Part shown: positions 55,540-64,000 of the stretch, piece after piece
How the letters are laid out: each line of letters starts with the position of its first letter
Position numbering within the stretch: the stretch's first letter is position 1
Source: Eledone cirrhosa
Lineage: Eukaryota
Direction of reading: 5' to 3'
Length of the DNA: 64,000 nt
NCBI GenBank assembly: GCA_964016885.1
Contig: OZ024740.1
Location: 199,826,001 to 199,890,000 of the forward strand
Program-made: the position numbers and the translations under genes
Notes under the pieces: model-generated
Database searches by the model: none
The model's input: only the letters and a program-made list of their open reading frames with translations
What the model was told of the DNA's origin: nothing

Positions 55540-56500
55540 ACGGAAAACTATCAGCGCATTGTTATGCGTATGACAGTAAAAGAAAAACGACCCTCCTCAC
55601 TTACAAAGAATGAAAGCTAAGATGGAAATGGTGTTTGGAATATGTACAAGCAGACCATCATTTCAATAGAAGTTCATCCCCAATCAAGAACTGCCAGCTG
55701 TCAGCGATACAAGAAGAAAGTGACTGAAAAGAGAATGATTAATAAACGATTCAGCCGAAATCAAACATCAGTCTATAAATATGTGATGGGAAAATCAATA
55801 GATGCCCTATCCAAGAGAGACATTCTTTCTGAAATAAAATATGGAGCGAGGAAAAGAAATTCAAACAAGATGCCGTGTGGATGAATAGGATCCAAATGAA
55901 CAACAGTCCTTGCATAAGACAAAAACCATCCATCAATGATGTTACCCACGGGTATGTGATAGGAAAGGTTCAACATAAAATGTACCAGGAAAAGACTTGA
56001 TTGTCGGCTACTGGTACAAAAAGCTGACTTTCTATCGCATGTACCTCCTGAATTTTTATCAAAAGACCATCTAAAGCGATGTATATATATACACGAAGCC
56101 AGTTGGAATTAGCAGAAATATGTCTCCAACAAAATAAGGATATACACTTGACAAAAATGTCATGACATATGGCAAGCCAGAACCTAATATATAAAATGTA
56201 CACAATGTGTCTGAATATATTCCTCCAGGATCACTGCGACAATAACAAAATCATAACATATAAGCAAGCAGCTAGCGAGAAATGAGTTTGATGCGTGATG
56301 AGGAACTCCTAATTTCAAAACCACGATTTCCTAGTTCGGCGACATCGGTGCTACTTCGCTGCAGTCTGGCTGAACTAAAGGAAGGCATTCGATTATGTTC
56401 CACATTCTTGGATGCTACAGACCCTAAGATATATTAAAGTCCTAGATACCATAAATAGATTCATAGAAAATCTTCTTCCTTGGCGACTATCCTGAAGTTA
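55540..56500 (+). mobile_element. Decayed R4/Dong-like fragment
   Basis: 55995-56480 is similar in reverse to 30940-31360. Confidence 0.55.
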
Positions 56501-57060
56501 AAATACAACAAATCCATACATTAAAGCTTGCATGATTATGTCTGTGTATGCACCATGGATATTACTTATCTTCATGGAATAATTTGTGTGTGTGTGTGCA
56601 TGAAGATTCAGAGTGAAATCTAGATAGTTGGCGTTAGCAAAGCTGGTTTCTAATGTAACGTTTAATTCTAACTCGTCACAAGTGGTTTTTTTTACTGGAA
56701 ATAACAAAGTCATGGCCGCTTCCATGTCTCAATCGGTGCAGAGAAACGTCTCAGTAAAGAGGCAATGTAAATTCAATTCAAAGATGGTGGAGTGACAAGC
56801 TGCGGAAATAAAAATTCTCCAACGAAACGAGAATTCCAAAGATGAAATTGGGAATTTAACAATTTTGTGTGTATTTATATATATATATATATAAGTATAT
56901 ATAGAGAGAGGGAGTGTGTGGGAGAGATAGGTATATGTAAATGTTTTCTATATACGAATGTATATCTGTATATATACTTATGTGTATATATACTTATACA
57001 TATATATATATATATACATAGATACATAGATACAGACATATATATATATATATATGTGTT

Positions 57061-57132
<72 letters not shown>

Positions 57133-57383
57133 CATAAAATAAGTTACAAATAACATGTGTGTGCATCTACATCAATTGTCAGTACAAAGCAATATCACCA
57201 GTGGCGTCATTAGTAACAACACGATAGAATCCCATGTTAAAAACTATAAGATGTTATCCCAGCTTGTGATAAAATACCAATCTAAACTATCATTGATACG
57301 TCAGTGACGAAAATTATTTCCGGTGTGTCAGAGTGACTGTAAAAATAGCAAAGTTAATGTGAATTGCCTTACACAGCCGTCTC

Positions 57384-57670
57384 TATATATATGTTAAAAT
57401 CTAGAGATATACGATGGTAGGCATTTATCATGAATAAGATAATGGATTGCTGTGATTATAACCGATTCCCGCAAAGAACAGATAGTATTATATATGACTT
57501 AAATCAATGTGGTGCCCTGGCATGGCCGCATAGTTATCATTGAAAGCACTAAATAAATAAAAGATATATATGTTAAAATTTAGAGATGTACGTTGATAGC
57601 ATTTACCACGTAGGAGATAATGGATTGCTTTGATTATAAACGATTCATGCAAAGAATGGCCAGTATTATG
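57384..57670. repeat. ~105-bp imperfect direct repeat (57384-57490 / 57564-57670)
   Basis: TATATGTTAAAAT.TAGAGAT..GATAATGGATTGCT.TGATTATAA.CGATTC..GCAAAGAA occurs twice. Confidence 0.8.
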
Positions 57671-57901
57671 TGTAAAATTGGAAGATCAATTTGGCGGACA
57701 TCTGTAACTGAAATCGGAGATATGACACTTGAATTAAACACATATATAATCCTACCAGTCTCACTGTGATGACTGCCCGTATGTTTGAATACCAATGCCA
57801 TATGCACGTATACATATATAAATACACACACATATACACACACGCACTCATATATATATATATATATATTTATATCTCTCCCTCTCCCTCTATCTACCCC
57901 A

Positions 57902-57979
<78 letters not shown>

Positions 57980-58708
57980 CAGTCTGTAAATATCTGTATA
58001 CGTGAGGATCAAATGACGCAAGTCAACTGACATATGCACATATATATTTCTAACAGATTTTTTGCGTGGTTGTGTGAGAACCAATTGACATATATGTACG
58101 GATACATTTATGCTAGTCTCATTGTTTGAATGTGTGTATATGCCAGTTGCATTAAAAGGCGCATAAATTCGTGGTGGTCAGAATGTTTGGTCTTAAGTTC
58201 GACTCCCGATGGTGTTTTGCATTCTTGAACAAGAAACCGTTTTTCACGTAGCTCCAGTCCTGTTTATCATTTTCAAACACAATGATACACTGCATCTCAA
58301 TGATTCAGTATTTGGCTAGGAATCTAGAAAAGTTACACACGAGTTGATAGTGAAAAGGAAAAAATACAGTAGAAAATGGTGGAAGCATTCATTTATAAAG
58401 TGGATTTCCGAATTTAATCGTGGCAACGGTTCAGCAGTATTTGCTTTTTCAACGATGGAAGTGTAAAGTGCAATTAAATTGCATATTTATACGAAATGGA
58501 GAAGAAAAATCATTAGTTTTTTTACATATATATATATAGATGTATATGTATATATATATATATCCGAAATATATCCGAAATAAATTTAATTAAAGTAAAT
58601 TAAGGGAGTCATGTCCGAGACATGCGCCATATCCTCCGTAAAATAAGCTCAAAGATTCGAATGAATAGATCCGAGCATTTTATATCAACTATATATATAT
58701 ATATGTGT

Positions 58709-58775
<67 letters not shown>

Positions 58776-58935
58776 TGCGTGTGCGTGGGAGGGTGTGTAT
58801 GAATGTATGTATCTATGTATGTATATATAGGTATTGGTATATGTCTACTGAACAGTGTGGAAATGACACATCAGCCCGGCTGGCCGTATATCTGATACAA
58901 AAACCCATCACCAATGCTTATGCAAGTAAAGAGCT

Positions 58936-59027
58936 TGCTGATGAGATAGTGTATGAATATGTTTAAAAGAGATACTATCGAAATACTATCGAAATACTAT
59001 CGAAATACTATCGAGATACGTATCGCA
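58936..59027 (+). ncRNA. Hammerhead-like motif with an internal 11-bp tandem amplification
   Basis: CTGATGA-GATAGTG...TACTATC-GAAA, with the unit TACTATCGAAA present four times (last one GAGA), then TACGTA-TC-GCA. Confidence 0.6.
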
Positions 59028-59148
59028 CCACTTAAGCTGGTGCAAAAGTGTCAAAAGTGTATGTATATTTATATATATATATCTATATAGGTTGAAAAAA
59101 ATGAAAACGAAATTTTATTTCTCACTCTTAGTATGGCACTTACTTAAA

Positions 59149-59931
<783 letters not shown>

Positions 59932-59934
<3 letters not shown>

Positions 59935-60227
59935 ATATATAAGAACAAAAGATGGTTAAAAGAGTTCCATGTATTTTATTATGCGCATTTCAAAAACAAA
60001 TATCATCATGCAATAATATTTGTGTTTTCATCAGATAAAACAGGAATACATGATATGAAGGTTAAAAAACACCTGTGGATAGTTCAGTTTTAAATCAACA
60101 AATCAACTGAACTATCTTTTAACCATCTTTTGTTCTTATATATTATGTATACTCCAGTCCTACAAACTGTAGAGTGCTTCTTATCCGATATCTGCATTGC
60201 TTTATTGTACTACAATAAAACTCACCT

Positions 60228-60230
<3 letters not shown>
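59932..60230. mobile_element. Second copy of the 49992-50430 fold-back element; HHR on minus at 59974-60040, right arm internally deleted
   Basis: Same left arm and same tail (ACTCCAGTCC..CTCACCTCCTA), bounded by (TA)n. Confidence 0.88.
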
Positions 60231-60290
<60 letters not shown>

Positions 60291-60654
60291 TAATGATTTT
60301 GTGTCTTACTTTTCTGCTGTTACCATTTCGATAGATGAGGAATCTTTACAGTAGAGTGGAAGACATACATTCTACTTTCCGTAAGTAATAAGCTGGATAA
60401 CGGCCTTACCGGTTTTAACTAGTAATATTTCAACTATATAACTTTCTGTAATAAATTATGTACATTTCTGCCACACGCCTCCACACACACACCCTACATA
60501 CCCCTCCCCCCACACACACATATATATATACATTGTATATCGACATTCGATCGACTTTCGTCAAAACGGCCCGTGGAAACAATGTTTCCATTGGTCTTTC
60601 CATTTGGTAATACTATTTATCGGTCGCAACTCCAGGTAGAAGGAGTAACGTGAA

Positions 60655-60726
60655 ATAACGTCCGGGAATCGAACTCATAAACTTACGATTGCGAATCCAA
60701 TGCTCTAAACACCCAGCCACACGCCT
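60655..60726 (-). mobile_element. tRNA-like SINE head
   Basis: Reverse complement reads GGCGTGTGGCTGGGTGTTTAGAGCATTGG..GAGTTCGATTCCCGG (box A and box B). Confidence 0.55.
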
Positions 60727-61216
60727 CTATTATATATATATTTATTAATTTGAAGAAAGTCAGTATTCTGTGTGTCATAATTCTCGATTATCATTGATTC
60801 ATAGGTTTCAAACGACTCCGCCCACCTCAACGACGCCAAACTGAAATTAATATGCATAATGCCAATGAGGGAGTGAGAGGGGAGAGTGTGAACGCTGTGT
60901 TCAATAACTATTAACATGTGTGCGTGTGTATGTACGTGCGCGTATGTTTATGTGTGTGTGCGTGCGTGCAGCGTTCCACAGAAAGTAATCACTATCAACA
61001 TGTGTGAGTGTGTGCGTGTGTAAGTTTGCGTGCGTGTGCGCGTTTCCGTGCGTGTATGCGTGCGGCGTTCCACAATCGCCACGCAGTTTACTTCTCTGTG
61101 TGCCTGTATGTCAGCCTAACATACACAGAGTTGTGAAGGGAGTAAATAGGGACCTTTCTTTACATTGACGGACATCTTTTATATTTATTATTGTCATTTT
61201 TTGACAATTGGTCGAA

Positions 61217-64000
61217 ATGAATACTGATAATAAAAGCAATTCGACTTTATCAAACAGTGAACTACAGCGGCGACGGCGTGCAGCCAGCAATGAAGAAAGA
61301 CGGGCCGAACAGCGCCATCGGAACGCCGAACTTCAGGGACGAAGACGTGCCACCATGAATGAAGAGGGGCTGGCTAAACAACGCCAACGAAACAGTGGAG
61401 CCAAGCAGCGACGGCGTTCTGCGATGGTTGAAGACGAACTGGCTGAGCATCATCAGCAGATGGCGGGAATTCAGCAGCAACGGCGTGCTGCGATGGATGA
61501 GAGGAGCTGGCTGAAAAGCGCCAGCGCAATACAGAAGTTCAGAGAATGTGTCGCCAAAGCGCTCCTCATTCCAGTAAAGAGGCTAGAAGGCGAACGAATG
61601 ATATTAAAAATGGATCATGGCAACCGTGTCATTTTCAGATTGGTGTACGAGCAGAGTGTCCACATTGTGGAGCATTGCTTTGGCGGCACGAAAAGACGTG
61701 GACCACAATGTGGTGTCATAAAGTAGCAGTTTAACTAGAACCCTTGCGAATGCCGGATGATGAGGAGTCACCGGAGTTTAAAATACTAAGTATGTGGGGT
61801 GATCAAGGAGACCGAGGTAGATTACTGCGCAAATATTTGCAGCAAATTAACAATTCATTAGCTTTAGCATCGCAGAGAGTTAGTGAGATGTTTGAGAGTG
61901 GAGCGTGGCAACTGAATGTAGTCATTCAAGGCCGTTTGTATCATTGTATCGGTAATTTAGAAGTTACCCCAGGAGAGAGGCCTCGATTCGATCAAATTTA
62001 CGTTAACCATCCAGATTATAGTGAATTGGAGGAGGATATCAGGATCGGTTGGATGAAGCTGCCGGGAAATATAACTGAACTTGAACGGCAAAGGTTAAGT
62101 GATTTGATCCGTGATTTGCAATCATGTCTTAGACAGTGTAATCCTTATGTTATGGATTTCATGTTGGTGGCTGAACTGCAAAATGTTCAGCAGCAAACAT
62201 TGGTCATTAAGGCTGACGCAGTGCCAAGGAACAAACACGAACGGCGATATAAGACCCCTGAAGGGTTTCGTGACGTTGGGGTGTTGATGGACGATAAGCC
62301 TGGATCGAGAGATATCGTCCTCAATCGCAGAGATGGTGGTCTCAAGACTATCAATGAGTCAAATAGAGCATACGATCCATTGCATTATGTTCTTTTATTC
62401 CCAAAAGGTGAACATGGATGGAACATGTCTGTTAATTTAGATGATCATGAGAATCAGCATCAACTGGGAGGTGGCAATAGACACAATAATTCGATTCGCG
62501 ACTTTTACGCGTTCCATTCGAACGAGAGGAATCAACAAAGAAATGCACTATTTCAAGCCAGCAGATTGTTCCAGGAATACTGTTGTATGGCATTCGCAAA
62601 GATCGAAAATCAAAGGCTAAATTATATAGCTACACATCAGAAAAATATCAGAGCTGAATTGTATAATAACATACAGGATGCGATAACAGCCAATGATGCC
62701 AATTACACGCAAATTGGTCGACGCATCATTTTGCCATCGTCATTCATCGGCGGCCCGAGATATATGAACATTCGCAATCAGGATGCAATGGCTATTTTCA
62801 GAAAGTTTGGAAAGCCAAATGTGTTTATAACGGTTACATGCAATCCTGAATGGACTGATATTAAGGATGCACTTTTACCAGGACAACAGCCAAAAGACAG
62901 TCCTGATATTGTGGCAAGAGTATTCAAAGGATATCTGAAAAAGATAATGGATGATGTGGAAAAAGAGGGAATATTTGGAGGTATAGTTGCTTTTACATAC
63001 GTAATTGAATTCCAAAAAAGAGGATTGCCACATGCACATTTGCTGATCATTTTACATAGAGATTGCAAATTGAGATGTGCTGAGGATGACGACAGCATTG
63101 TGTGTGCTGAACTGCCGGAGAATGAGGCACTACGCAACTTGGTGGCAAAGTCAATGGTGCACAACCAATGCGGAGTGGCAAATCGGAAAGCGCCTTGCAT
63201 GAAAAATGGCCAATGCAGTAAGCACTTTCAGAAATCTTTTATCACGAACACTTCCTGGAACGATGGGGATACTCATCCCTCATACAGAAGACGGTCGCCT
63301 GCCGATGGCGGTTTGGTCGAAAATGTAAACGGTCGACAGGTTACAAATCAATGGGTTGTGCCATATAATCCATATTTGATTATGAAATGTCTTTGTCATA
63401 TTAATGTGGAAATTTGTAGCTCATTGAAAGCTTTCAAATATCTAATCAAATATTCAAATATGTTTACAAGGCTCATGATTGGGCAATGTCAGGAATGAGG
63501 AAGCGAACCAAGGAGATGAAGTTGGCAGGTTCCAGGTTGTTTGCTTGATGGGATCTAGCGAGGCTTGCTGGAGATTGTTCGATTTTGATCCCAATAAACG
63601 CAAACCCAGCGTTCAGAAACTGACGGTTCACTTAGAGAATAGGCAAATGGTCTGTTTTCAGGACACTAGAAGAGGTGTCGCAAGAATTGCTAACGCATCA
63701 CCTCCTAAGACGGAATTGACTGAGTGGTTGAAGCATAATAGGGAACATGCTTTGAGCCCGGATCAAAGGCAACTCTACTGCGATTTCCCTTCGCACTATA
63801 CGTGGGATAAGAAGGGAAAGATATGGAATGATAGAATACAAAAGTTGAGATTCATGACTATTGGACGGGTTTGTAATGTCCATCCAGCATCTTGTGATGT
63901 GTTTTATCTCCGAATTCTGTTGCATAGTGATTTTTCGAGAGGTAAACAGAGCTTCGCTGATTTGAAAACAATCATGGCGTGGAATATGAAACATGCCAGG
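61217..64000 (+). mobile_element. Helitron RepHel (Rep/HUH part), frameshifted, continues past the window edge
   Basis: CPHCGALLW, YDPLHYVLLFPKGEHGW, ILPSSFIGGPRYM, FITVTCNPEW, PDIVARVF, IEFQKRGLPHAHLL (HUH), VVPYNPYL, INVEICSS..KYLIKY. Confidence 0.95.

Noticed and set aside
58973-59016. CRISPR-like repeat
   Set aside because: It is an 11-bp tandem unit with no spacers, in eukaryotic DNA.
60395-60425. Helitron 3' terminus (hairpin + CTAG)
   Set aside because: The hairpin is weak and lies upstream of the Rep ORF, so it cannot be that element's 3' end.
60655-60726. Functional tRNA gene
   Set aside because: Box A and box B are present but the cloverleaf stems pair poorly; a SINE head fits better.

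Overview
AT-rich, microsatellite-dense, non-genic eukaryotic DNA. It is probably cephalopod (Octopus-like), inferred from the SINE families and the (TA)n/(CA)n/(TATG)n density; I could not confirm this. I found no host exon, and most ORF-track entries are microsatellite translations. The window is a mosaic of decayed mobile elements: several Penelope-like elements (PLEs; Naiad-type RT + GIY-YIG), a head-to-tail stack of R4/Dong RLE LINEs, a Tx1 LINE inside a (TATC)n repeat, RTE-like ends with C2H2 fingers, a CRE-type 3' end, a mariner remnant, tRNA-derived SINEs and a Helitron Rep. The main hidden signal is RNA structure. By eye I find about 17 type-I hammerhead ribozyme (HHR) motifs from about 10 sequence families. 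Some lie in PLE pLTRs. Others lie in short, ORF-less fold-back elements embedded in (TA)n tracts, and two of these carry an HHR on each strand. One family has a U3-A8 covariant core, and one inversion breakpoint falls exactly on the predicted cleavage site. All structures were paired by hand and none has been tested.
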